A DNA stretch of 63,885 bases, filler included, from Octopus bimaculoides (Eukaryota), in NCBI RefSeq assembly GCF_001194135.2. It is 6 parts of 6 records of this genome, joined end to end, with 100 filler letters (N's around TTAATTAATTAA, not from the genome) between each part and the next. Parts side by side here need not be neighbours in the genome. Positions count along the whole stretch, not along the records: positions 41,829 to 54,797 come from NC_068986.1; positions 54,898 to 62,326 come from NC_068982.1; positions 62,427 to 63,885 come from NC_068995.1; 3 more parts are not named here. One strand, 5' to 3'. The notes beneath the pieces were generated by a model. That model was not told where the DNA came from, made no database searches, and was given only the letters and a program-made list of their open reading frames with translations. This document shows, piece after piece, positions 52,617 through 63,885 of this stretch. The position numbers and the translations under genes are program-made. The number at the start of each line of letters is the position of its first letter. Position 1 is the stretch's first letter.

Positions 52617-53080
52617 CTGTTGAATTTTTGAGTAAATACGTTATGGGATCGACAAACGTCTGTCATTGACCCCTCTACGTAATCGCTGGCAATCATGTAA
52701 ATTTTCTAAAATAAAATTGAAAGTACGATTAACAAACAACTTATTGACTTAAAAACAACAATTCCTTTGTTCTTTTGTGTCGTTGCTATTTTTTATAAGA
52801 CATATTTAAAGAAATTTAATGGAAACACTTAATGAAACTGATAAAAAACAATTGATAAAAATTCAGTCATATTGATATAGTCGGAATATTTCATCTGAAG
52901 TACGTTTGGTGAATATTAGTTATTGCATTGATACGTGCCGAGAAATTAATGAGTTTTTTTCTTAAATTACTGAGCTTTTCCTGCACAAAACCGTTTCTGG
53001 TGTTTATCGACCCCTTGGGTATTGAGCCCCTCCTGAGGGGTCAATATTGACCACTTTGCCGGACACTGCTTTAGCCAGAG

Positions 53081-53847
53081 CAGTGTTGGATTAACCATTA
53101 AGCAAAATAAGCATGTGTTTAGAGCATCAAGGGACACAGAAATGGTAAATAATTTACGGTACAAAAGAAATCACTTTAAGCTTGCTAAAATAATATTGGA
53201 AGTGGTTTACATGATCGGAAATATAATTTCGAAATGTTCATGGTCTTATAGTGAGGATTTTATCAAAGATATTGCAATTGAAAAAAAAAATGTAGGAAAA
53301 AACTTTTCAAATATAAATGAAGTAGAAGTATACAAAAATAAATATTATTTTTCATCTTGAAGTAGTTGTATGCTGTCAACTTAATGTGATAGTCCCCTGA
53401 AGGGAATAATACTACTGTTGGTTAGACCTAGGAAGCTGCACCGCTTCCTGTCGGTCTTGACACATTTCCTGTGTCCTTGGGTCTACAAGGGGGAGACAAG
53501 CACCACCCATAATGCTTGTCTCCCCCTTGTAAACATAAGGACACAGGAAATGTGTCAAGGCCGACAGGAAGCGGTGCAGCTTCCTAGGTCTAACCAACAA
53601 GAGCATTATTCCCTTCAGGGGACTGTCACATTAAGTTGGCAGCATACAACTACTCCATCGTATCACTACTGCATAAATCTCTCTGAGAGATTTAGAAATG
53701 TATTATTTCTAAATTTTTCATCTTATTTTGAAAAATAAAATTTTATTTTATGGTTTATCATTGTTTATATTTTGAATTACATATGTATATGGAGGCACTA
53801 AAATCTTTCAAGTGCTTAGCGCCTCTATGGGTCTGAATCTAGCCCTG
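53081..53847. mobile_element. hAT-like MITE
   Basis: Termini CAGTGTTGGATT / AATCTAGCCCTG. The 8-bp flanks AGCCAGAG and AACCAGGG match at 6/8. Confidence 0.55.
53361..53654. mobile_element. Near-perfect 294-bp hairpin element (142-bp arms, 10-nt loop)
   Basis: 53361-53502 is the reverse complement of 53513-53654, with loop CCACCCATAA. A TA TSD is possible at 53363-64 and 53651-52. Confidence 0.85.
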
Positions 53848-54466
53848 AACCAGGGGAGAAACCGCCACGCTCATGATACTTTTTTGGAATCCTCTAAGAC
53901 TGATGAGAGAAAGTTATCTTCTGGTTGAATACTTGGTCAGAATGCTTGAAAGAAAGCGGATTTGTGGGCCAGGAGGTGGGGATAAACCAGGCGACGAATT
54001 AAGTCTACTACCAAAGAATCGAAGAACGCTGGTTCGAATCTAAATTACCAGTGCAGCATTGAATCCAAGCCCAAAACATTGAAGTCTCAAATCTCCCTTT
54101 CCCAAATCTGCTAAAATTAATGCCGCGAGGTGTTGCTTGTCGCAGAGAATGTATCGTTGCTGGGCTTTTGTTGCTGGGAATGGAACCCTTAGCGTAAGAG
54201 ATATTAAAACTCGTAGCGGAGTTCAAGTCTCAAAAGAGGAGAAGATAGGGGAGACTGATTTTAAAAAGGGGAGATGTTGTCGAAGGACTCCAACTATCCC
54301 GCAAGTGACTAAAGGTGGACTGACATGATGGTAGCAGTTTACTGCGAGCCTTTGATACAGAGCATTGAGTCTCGTGTAATAGTAATAGTAGTGCGTCGTG
54401 GATATACTTTCTTCCTCCCTGCTTCGTTATATTATATATCCAATATAAGGATAGAAAACGGATATA

Positions 54467-54487
54467 TCTATATATATAAAAATGAGA

Positions 54488-54527
<40 letters not shown>

Positions 54528-54797
54528 GTGAATCCCTAAAACTCGAGAACTACGCAACCAATTTCATTCAAATTTTACAGATGCCTTACTTAGGGTTCCA
54601 GTTGTGTTTTAGTCAAAAAAAATTTTAACTTCTTGCAGAGTTCGAGCCCACGGCAACATAATATCTCCTCCACTATTTAAGTATTACGTGTCAAAAGTGA
54701 AACAAAAACACTCATGTCAAATACTTTCACTTTAAAAATGAAACTATTCCACTAACTGAAACAATCACATTTCGATACTGTAATGACAGATACTTTC
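54467..54797 (+). mobile_element. Non-autonomous Helitron-like 5' end with (GTCT)n
   Basis: A|TCTATATATATAAAAATGAG, then (GTCT)n, then CTAAAACTCGAGAAC...CCAATTTC, resembling insect non-autonomous Helitron 5' ends from recollection. The 3' end is cut by a scaffold join. Confidence 0.6.
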
Positions 54798-54897
54798 NNN
54801 NNNNNNNNNNNNNNNNNNNNNNNNNNNNNNNNNNNNNNNNNTTAATTAATTAANNNNNNNNNNNNNNNNNNNNNNNNNNNNNNNNNNNNNNNNNNNN

Positions 54898-54944
<47 letters not shown>

Positions 54945-55248
54945 CACATATTTGAGAAAACGTACACATATTCACACACATAAATACCTATCTCTATGTG
55001 TGTGTTGGATGTGCACATGATCTCGTACACTTATACACACATACCAATATACTTAAATATCATCTCTGACTACTTTGTTACTGCTAACACAATGCAATCA
55101 ATCACATGGGGAGAGTGAATGAAATTGTAAGATAGGGATCGAGAGAGAGGGAAGAGAGTAACAGCTAGATTGTGAGAATGCCAGACTAGCCAGCACTCTT
55201 GTGTGTATGTATAAGAGCGTTTGGTATGTGCACAAACACATACTTGTG

Positions 55249-55282
<34 letters not shown>

Positions 55283-56690
55283 AAGAAAATATGTGAGTTT
55301 AGGTGATATACAAATAGCAAGTTAGACGAGCAGGGAACATCGTAGTATGATTAAATGGTAGATACATTGAAGACAAGTCGTTGGTGGGAAGTTCAATGGC
55401 TGCAGTATTTTGTTGAGTGAAAAATTTTCTCTTCAGCAAATAAAATTTGAAAATTTTGAATTCAGAAGTCAAGAATGTATCTATTGTCTGAGCATTCCCG
55501 TAAATGTATTGAGTAAACATTCGTTTCAAGCACAACTGAAGTATTTTACGATTATGAAATATAAATGCAATCTCTGTGAAGCAAGATTGATTGTGTGTTA
55601 TAATGTGTAATAACAGCGAGCTGTAACCACGTTTCTTAATACATAAATATAGCAACGACAGAAATTATAGTTAATCCAACTAGTTATCACACAGTTTTAA
55701 CCTTCCCTTTCGAATCAATTTTGGCTTTCATCGACTACAGTCTTAGTGCAATATTTACTAGTGATATATCTATATTGACTCAATTGATTGTATCCACTTT
55801 CTAATAAAAATTTTGCTTCTTGTGCCCACTCAAAAGGAAACGAATAATTTGCAAAAAGAAAGTTTCTGACCAACAAAAGAATAGAGTCAGTGTTAGTTGT
55901 TCTTAGTTGGTTTCCGAACCAGGTATCAATATTTACAATACGATATTGCCTATGACAGTTATTTACACAATTAGCTACTTTTCAGAAACCTTAACATAAT
56001 GCGGAGATTGATATTGAAAGTTGCTGTCTTCTATCACTTAACCTAATGCTATAAACACATGAGTCAACAATGCCCAGTAAAAAGACGTCCTCTGTACAGC
56101 TTTTATGTATCTCACTTCATTTCTTAAGTATAGGCTGGACTCGTTGATAGCTTCAAAAATACTTCAAGAACACTTTAAGAAAACCGTCAGTTAAAATCGT
56201 TTGCGAATTGTTTGAAAAAGATTCTTTTATATGAATATTTCTTTTATTCAAATGAATGAAATGGATGCAGAAAGGGAAGTCCATTCAGTAAGCTATGAAA
56301 CGAAACAGCTTTTGTTCTCTTCAAAACACTTTGCACGTCTAGAAAGAATGCAACTGGCAGAGGTTCAAAAAAAATCTCTATTGTGTCAGCATTTTCGATG
56401 AAGTTCGTAAAGAATCTCTGACAGCATAAAGAAATGCATTGAAGTCAGACTCGATGTAAACAATGATAATGTTAGCAAATTAATGTGTAAACGGTGGAGT
56501 GGGGATAAGAAACAGGGAAATTAGAAAGGACAGCTATGGGTTAAGGTAAGAGAGATAAAGGGAAAATAACTTACACAGCTACATACATACACACACATGC
56601 CTACCTAACCCTGCACTCACATAGATACACACGAATATACGCATACATACATATATATAGGGGGGGGGGGCGTGTGCATTGTGCGCGCGC

Positions 56691-56730
<40 letters not shown>

Positions 56731-57889
56731 AATAATAAATCTGAGTGATATATATGTAAAAAGTAGCGAGCTGGCGGAATCATTAGCAGCATTTCGTCCG
56801 TCTTTACGTCCAGAGTTCAAATTCCGCCGAAGTTGGCTTTGCTTTACATCCTTTCGGGGTCGATGAAATAAAGTACCAATTGAACACTGGGGTTGATGTA
56901 ATCTACTAGCTCGTCCTCCAAAATTGCTGGCCATGTACTTGTAGGATTCATATATAGGCACAGGTGCACACATACACGCACATACACATCCTCAAACACA
57001 TATGTACACATGCAAAATACAAACTTACTTACACATACACACACAACAGACAAGAAGCGAAAGGCTATGCGTGCACAAAATCAAGTTGTGTTTGTATATG
57101 TAAAATAAACTTGCGAGGTAAAGGAGGAGAAAAGGAAAGAAATAATCGTTATTAACATCTACATTTGAAAATTAAAAGAAAAATTATAAAGCTTAAAAGC
57201 AAGACAAAGAGAATGACTACAATAGCAGCACAAGATTCTGAAACTGAATTATTTGTCTTGTCTGTAATTATTGATTTAGTATAATTCAATGAAACGACTT
57301 GTATAAGTCAACAGGGACAGAAAACGAAAAACAAAAAAGCAGGCATAGTTATACGTTTAGCTAGTTCGCTTGGTAGCTGTATGGTTTTGGATTCAGTCCC
57401 AAATGCGCGGCGCCTTGGCAACTATCTTCTACAGTTTTCCGCGGGTCGACCAATGCCTTGTGGGTGAACTTTGTAAATGGATATGTGCGGAAGCCCATAA
57501 TACATAATCCAGTCTCTCTCTCTCTCTCCATTATATATAATAAATGCGCCCTTTTAAAGCATAGCCTGGCTCATTGGTCCGATTTCAATGGCGTATGTGT
57601 TCCCCAGCTGGATGGGACGCCAGTCCATCGCAGCGTTACTCATGTTTGCTAGCTGAGTGGACTGGAGCAACGTGAAATGAAGTGTTTTGCCCAAGAACAC
57701 AACACGTCGCCCGGTCCAGGAATCGAAACCACAATCTTACGATCATGGCGCTGACACCCTAACCACTAAGCCACGCGCCTCTACACACACACATATATAT
57801 ATATAATAGTTTCAAATTTTGTCACAAGGGCAGCAATTTTGAGGGAGGGGATGAGTCGATTACATCAACCCCAGTGTTCAACCGGTACG

Positions 57890-58210
57890 TGTGGAGGTGC
57901 GTGACTAGGACATTCGGCTCACTATCGTAAGGTCGTGAGTTCAATTCCCGGCGACGCGTTGTATCCTTGAGTAAAGCACTTTATTTCACGTTACTCCAGT
58001 TCACTCAGCTGGCAAAAATTAGTCGTACCTGTATTTTAAATAGACCAGCCTTGTCACACTCTGTGTCACGCTGTATCTTCTTCAGAACTACGTTAAGGGT
58101 ACACATGTCTGGGGAGTGCTTAGCCACTTGCACGTTAATTTCACGAGCAAGTTGTTCCGTTGATCGTATCAGCTGGGGGGGCCTTCGTCGTCATAAATGA
58201 CGGAGTACTC
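57890..58210 (+). mobile_element. SINE D with long 3' tail
   Basis: B box GAGTTCAATTCCC, body CCTTGAGTAAAGCACTTTATTTCACGTTACTCCAGTTCACTCAGCTG, then a tail of about 170 nt. Confidence 0.75.
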
Positions 58211-58230
58211 CTTTTATGTATATATATGTA

Positions 58231-58372
58231 AGGCGAGCTGGCAGAATCGTTAGCACGCTGGACGAAATGTTTAGCGGCATTTCGCCCGTCGCTACGTTCT
58301 GAGTTCAAATTCCGCCTTGGTCAACTTCACCTTTCGTCCTGTCGGGATCGATAAAATAAGTACCGGTTGAAT
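58231..58372 (+). mobile_element. SINE C 5' part, split by an insertion; remainder at about 59693-59715
   Basis: Ends AAATAAGTACCGGTTGAA. The sequence resumes as CGTGGGGTCGATTAACGAC after the insertion, whereas intact copies read ...GTACCAGTTG-N3-CTGGGGTCGAT. Confidence 0.7.
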
Positions 58373-59692
58373 TCGTGAGATCGTTAGAGGCTTGGAAAAA
58401 GAAGAGAAAGACATTGAATTTTGCGGAAGCAAGAAAACCCCAAATAAGAGAAATCAACTTCAATGGCATTGGTATGTATAAAGAAATTTTAACAAGGGAG
58501 GGACAAAATGTTAAAGTGTCTCTTCTCCCAGGAAAATTGCAGTATGAACGTGAAAAGGTCATCTATTATAGAACTTACTCTGTAAAAGGGAGGAAAATCT
58601 GTATAATGGAGGTTGGTCTGATTGAAAAGGCACTGCAACTAATATGGAAGGAGGTGACATACCTCAACAAGGCAAGTAAATTTGGAACCGTGAGGTGCAC
58701 TTCCGAGATGTAGACACCACCAGGCAACACTCTGCGACACCAATGAAAACGGAAGAGTGAGTGCTTCTACCTGTTTACCTTGGAAAACGTGTTTCCAAGG
58801 TAAGGGTAGATGATATTCCCTCGGAAATTGGTGTATCCTGGGTGGTGGATGCAATCATGCCAGGGGTAGAGGATAAACTCACTGTTCTACAAGCGATGTA
58901 TACCCCGTGCAAAAATTGGCAAGGGTAGAGCCTGGAGATATCAATTCAGGCCTCCCATGAAACCCTAGAATTACTTATTGAAACTGTTTCCATAGAGGAT
59001 GTTATATTAAGGGTGAAAGTGGAAGGCAGGATCCCACGTTGCTACAAATGTGGCCAAACGAGCCACTTTAGGGAAACTGCCCCCCACCACCTGCAGAGAA
59101 TCGCAAAAGCTCCGAAGCTGTACCTCTGCTGCCAGCAGAAGTCAACAAGAAGATTGAAGTAGAAATAAGTGAAGAATGGAAAACGACAGGAAAAAGGAAA
59201 AAGCGCAGAAGAAGCCAAAAAGTAAACAGACTGGTCGCACCAAACTCCCACGCAAACCCTCTTTTCCCCACCCTCTCCCTGAACTCCCCCACCCTCTCCC
59301 TTCCCCATCTGACAATAAAGAAACTCGCATACACATCCAAGAACCTCAAACTGCCCCGACTCTGGAAACAAATAATAATACCTGTTTTATTTGTTCCATA
59401 TGGAAAACAAGGAACTGAGAAACGAGGTGGATAAGTGGAGTGATGTGAAGTGGATCAACACATTTTACTGTGAGCTACTTCCAAGGTCTTGGGCATGTAT
59501 CACGACAAACTCCATGAATATGAGGCAGCTACAAGATTACAAGGATGATATAAGATGGGCCATGATGAAACTGGATATTACTGAATTTCCGTCATACGTA
59601 AGTCATGCCAAATTGTATCACTACGGAAAAGGCGTTGAAAATATTTTTTAAAAAAGAAAAATTGTAAAATTGAAAAGTTAAATGAAGCCAAT
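58373..59692 (+). mobile_element. Non-LTR retroelement ORF1 (gag-like, CCHC knuckle) pseudogene, no ORF2 seen
   Basis: KVIYYRTYSVK...RQHS...TEE*VLLPVYLGKRVSKVRVDDIP...RVKVEGRIPRCYKCGQTSHFRE(N)C; restoring one A gives CX2CX4HX4C. A-rich end at about 59650-59685. Confidence 0.75.
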
Positions 59693-59899
59693 CGAACGTG
59701 GGGTCGATTAACGACATTCCACCTTTCATTATTATGACATTTATTCATATTATAGTATTTTATTATTTATTGATTATATTATCATTATTATTATTTATTA
59801 CTCATCCCCATCCGATTATTTCGCCACATTCATTGTGCTATCCACTCTAATTTGATCCCCTGTGGACAATAAAAAATCAATTAGCTCACACTCTCTCGA

Positions 59900-60770
59900 G
59901 TCTTGTTGTGAATTATTTACTTGTTGTGGATTGTTTGCTTTTTGTTTGATATTGTGGTGAGTGCTTTTGGTATTGCTGGAATGTCTGCAAATTGTGTGTT
60001 TTTTAAAAAACTGTTTGTTGCTTCTTAAAAGCAACTTGTTTTGAATTCCCCCGCAAGGGGGAATTATTACTGTTGATCTGTTGAACTGTGTATCTGCGGC
60101 TTAAAGCCAATTTTTATGGGGCGTGAGCCCAAAATTTGTTTTGTTCGGCGTTGGCCGATTTTTTCTTGAAGACTCAATGGAGTCACCAAGTAACATTATT
60201 TTGGATATGCCAAGTGGTTCAATGTTCAAGTCAGCAATGACTCCAGTCAAAAAGAATTCGCCAGCGGTGTCACCGAAGAAATTGTACTTCGCAGCAGCAG
60301 CAGGCGAAAAGAAAAAAGAATTGAATATAGATAAATGTGAGCTTGCCAAGTTTAAATCTATTATGAAAAAGGAGGGGTCAGAAGTTCAGGTGGCTCCCTC
60401 CAACAGATTTAACGGAGACTACAAACCGGAAAATAATTATTTATAAAACGTTCCATGTAAAAAAAAAAAAACAAGAAAATAGACCAACTAACAGAAAATT
60501 CAGAGAAGTGTCTGAGACCTATCTGGCCAGACATAACACATTACAAGAGCTAAACGATTCGCTATAATTGAAGTAAGATTCGCCACGGAAGAAAAATCCA
60601 GGCAGCATTCCACCAACACATTGACAACTGAGGAGGTGGTTCTGCTTCCCACATACATGGAAAGAAGAACATCTAAAATTAGAATTTCAAATATCCCACC
60701 AGAAGTGGACGCTGCCTGGCTGGTGGCAGCTACAACCTTAGACTTGGAAGAGAAAATTACAATCCTCCAA
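59900..60770 (+). mobile_element. Second, diverged ORF1 of the same type with putative 5' UTR, 3'-truncated
   Basis: KIIIYKTFHVK...EKCLRPIWPDIT...RQHSTNTLTTEEVVLLPTYMERRTSKIRISNIPPEVDAAWLV...EEKITILQ aligns with the 58.4-58.9 kb copy. Confidence 0.7.
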
Positions 60771-61049
60771 ATATATATATGTGTGTGTGTGTCCTGTTAT
60801 TTGTATTTGTGTAACTTTCTCCGTTTTTTCCGTCCTTGTTTTCGTATACATTCGCTGCTTTCTTGCAATGAATCTAATGCTCTTAGCGTAGTTTTACCTT
60901 GGGGCTGACCAGATTGGAGCAATCTCGAGTATAACCAACCGAAATTGCAAAGATAATCTGGAACTCGACTGAGGAAAGAAAACTCCGAATGACCCGTCCT
61001 TGTTTTCTTTGTATCGTCTATCTGGATGTTTTGCGTTCTTGTTCCATTT

Positions 61050-61083
<34 letters not shown>

Positions 61084-61431
61084 CTTAGACACACGCACGC
61101 ACACGCGCGCGTGCTTTTAGATTGTTGAGCTCTATATTCCTGGTTATGACATACAGCAGGTCAGAAAGTTACCGACGCTTGACTCCGACTGTTGCATTTG
61201 GTAATATGGACGACTCTTTAGACATGATGGCTAGAAATGCATAGCCTCTCTTATGCTGAAGCTGAATACATCGTCTTGGTTCACTTGGTGATGATAAAAA
61301 AAAGCAGAACGAAATGTTATAGCGTACCCTGGAGGGGAAGAAGAGTTGCAGTTCATCGGTGCAATATCAGCTGTGGTAGAATGTCAGCATTGGTATAAAG
61401 CATCAATCGCTTGACCGAGCATGTATATGTA

Positions 61432-61470
<39 letters not shown>

Positions 61471-61698
61471 GCGACAAGGGTATCCAAAGTTAATGCGACT
61501 CCATTTATTTAAGCAATGAAACGATCGTAATGCATTAACTTTGAATATCTTTGTTGCNNNNNNNNNNNNNNNNNNNNNNNNNNNNNNNNNNNNNNNNNNN
61601 NNNNNNNNNNNNNNNNNNNNNNNNNNNNNNNNNNNNNNNNNNNNNNNNNNNNNNNNNNNNNNNNNNNNNNNNNNNNNNNNNNNNNNNNNNNNNNNNNN

Positions 61699-61741
<43 letters not shown>

Positions 61742-62279
61742 TTGGTCAGTCGATGTTTTATATCACTTCACGTATGCTCGATTTATCAGGTAGTTGGTCA
61801 GAATATATTTTAATCGGAAATTGCACCTGGATCTCACTGTTTGATTCGCAAAATTGTTCAGAACATATTTTCGGTAATGAGAAACAATTATATTTTACAT
61901 TCTAAAATTTCGGCTAATTGTTAATTTACTACTATTAAGTGTTGAAATTCTTGTTATTTATGTAATGGCAGCACATTCAACCTATTTGCAATTCAGAATC
62001 TAGTGGCACACAAATATGCACGGAAACTTGAAATTCGCATTCCATTACATGAAAAGCCACAAAAGTTCTAAATACTTGCATAAAACTAACGTTCAGAAAT
62101 AGCTACATGTACCCAATACACACACACACACACACAAAGATACACTCACAATGACACACATAGACGTACACATCACACACTCATATTTATATGCCCTTTC
62201 GTAAATGAATACACGTACAGAAATACACACACACAGATATACATACATACATGCATATACATATATACGTATGCATATA

Positions 62280-62326
<47 letters not shown>

Positions 62327-62426
62327 NNNNNNNNNNNNNNNNNNNNNNNNNNNNNNNNNNNNNNNNNNNNTTAATTAATTAANNNNNNNNNNNNNNNNNN
62401 NNNNNNNNNNNNNNNNNNNNNNNNNN

Positions 62427-62720
62427 CACACAAGAAAGAATCAACAAAGAGAATCTTTTCATAGAGAAATTCCAACCATTTCTTAACACAAACACACACA
62501 CCCCTCAGTGACCTTATTTCTCTATGAACAGACACAAACTTCCTGTTGAAAAAAAGAGTTCATAACTCCAACTAAAAACACTTGTCTCCCCTTACACACA
62601 CTTCCTGTTTTGACACCACATTTCCTGTTTAACACAAACTTTTAACCCTTTTTTTAAACCTAACAAAACTCTCAACTCTCATGCATCCTTATTTTTCCGA
62701 CCAGTTTATACATGAACTAC
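62427..62720 (+). mobile_element. Penelope-like ORF end and pLTR fragment
   Basis: TQERINKENLFIEKFQPFLN matches the PLE C-terminal pattern R..KE..FI..F.P.LN. Confidence 0.5.
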
Positions 62721-63774
62721 TATTGAACTACAACAGCTCAAAGACAATATAATGTATGGGTATAGTTATTATGTTTTTTATATATTATTGTTTTATATAT
62801 TATTTTCTTCAATTTGTACTTCTTTGTAAAAAAAACATTTTCATTCTCCTTCTTCTTGATAATTTGCTTTTCACAATGAAAACCGGTTAGAAGAAATCTC
62901 TATTAAAATATGCTTCCAGTTTAGCATTCTGGCTTTTTTTCATTTTCCTATATATATATATATATATTTGTGTGTGTATCTGTGTATGTGTGTCTGTGTG
63001 TCTGTGTTTGTGCAACGCTTATCAAGAATAAGTCCTGAGATCGATTTCTTCGGCTAAAACCCTTTATGGCGGTGTTCCAACATGGCCGCAGTCAAATGAC
63101 TGAAACCAGTAAAATAATAAAAGAATATGTATGTTATATGCACGGTCATCTTAGAATTGCAATTTGTATGTGTGAGTATGGGCATGCTTTCATGTTAGTG
63201 TGTGCGCATGGATCTGATAGGATAGTAGGAGAAAGGGGAGGGTGAATTAAAGACGTAGTCATTTTTTGCTAATCTTATCTTACTGTTATTGCCGCTATAT
63301 GAGTCATTAAATAGCTTATTGTTAAATCTACGGTTAATAATTTCATCTATAAGATAAATTCCCACCGGTTTTATTTTAAATTTATTTCAACTTACCTGTA
63401 TATCTTTTATCAATTTTTTTTAAATTAAAAGTTGCAGGAGATAGGTAAATGTTCGGTCTACACGCCCTAATGAAATCATCCCAAAGCATTCGTTTGGTCG
63501 ATGGTGCCTCCAAATCATGACATTTGAGGAAACGAATAGGCTATCGATTTATTACAAATTTTCAAATATTATGACAAGTATTACATAACATTTCATGAAT
63601 TGTATGACATCGGATGAGATATGAAATGAAATATTGTCCGTTTACTGTCATTATGACAACTCCTTTTCTCATTTAAAACATTACTTATACACACACAAAT
63701 ACACACACACACTCACACATGCACACACACACAAATGTGCGCATATCCATATACACATATACGTATATATATAC

Positions 63775-63822
<48 letters not shown>

Positions 63823-63885
63823 ATAATAGTGAAAAAACTACAGAAGGCTTGTGTTACATGGTTAAAGTATATATTTAAATTATGT

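Noticed and set aside
54008-54330. Minus-strand SFNISYAKGSIPS as an RT N-terminal motif
   Set aside because: Only one short motif matches and the downstream RT motifs are not recognisable.
60123-60446. 107-aa ORF as a host gene
   Set aside because: It continues by frameshift into the retroelement ORF1 and aligns with the 58375 copy.

Overview
AT-rich, repeat-dominated eukaryotic genomic DNA from a gapped draft assembly. The repeat content (tRNA-derived SINEs, RTE LINEs, dense (TA)n/(CA)n/(GATA)n microsatellites) points to an Octopus-like cephalopod; this is inference from recalled repeat families, not a database match. I find no supportable host protein-coding gene, rRNA, true tRNA or CRISPR array. 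Most listed ORFs are read-throughs of microsatellites or N runs. Five identical 100-nt spacers (44N-TTAATTAATTAA-44N) show that the window is six scaffolds joined artificially. The real content is a layered transposon landscape: several SINE families, RTE, CR1/L2, HERO-like and Penelope retroelement relics, mariner/maT and piggyBac transposase relics, hAT, Merlin-like and foldback MITEs, a Helitron-like end, and a short LTR element with a tRNA-Trp primer-binding site. The best leads are: minimal hammerhead ribozymes in Penelope-type repeats (one fully canonical at 31145-31226); an apparently ORF1-only retroelement that splits a SINE (58373-59692); the short LTR element (44466-46253); and a Merlin-like MITE carrying TTAGGG-like repeats. 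No clearly novel host system is evident. Coordinates of degenerate elements are approximate (about 10-30 nt).
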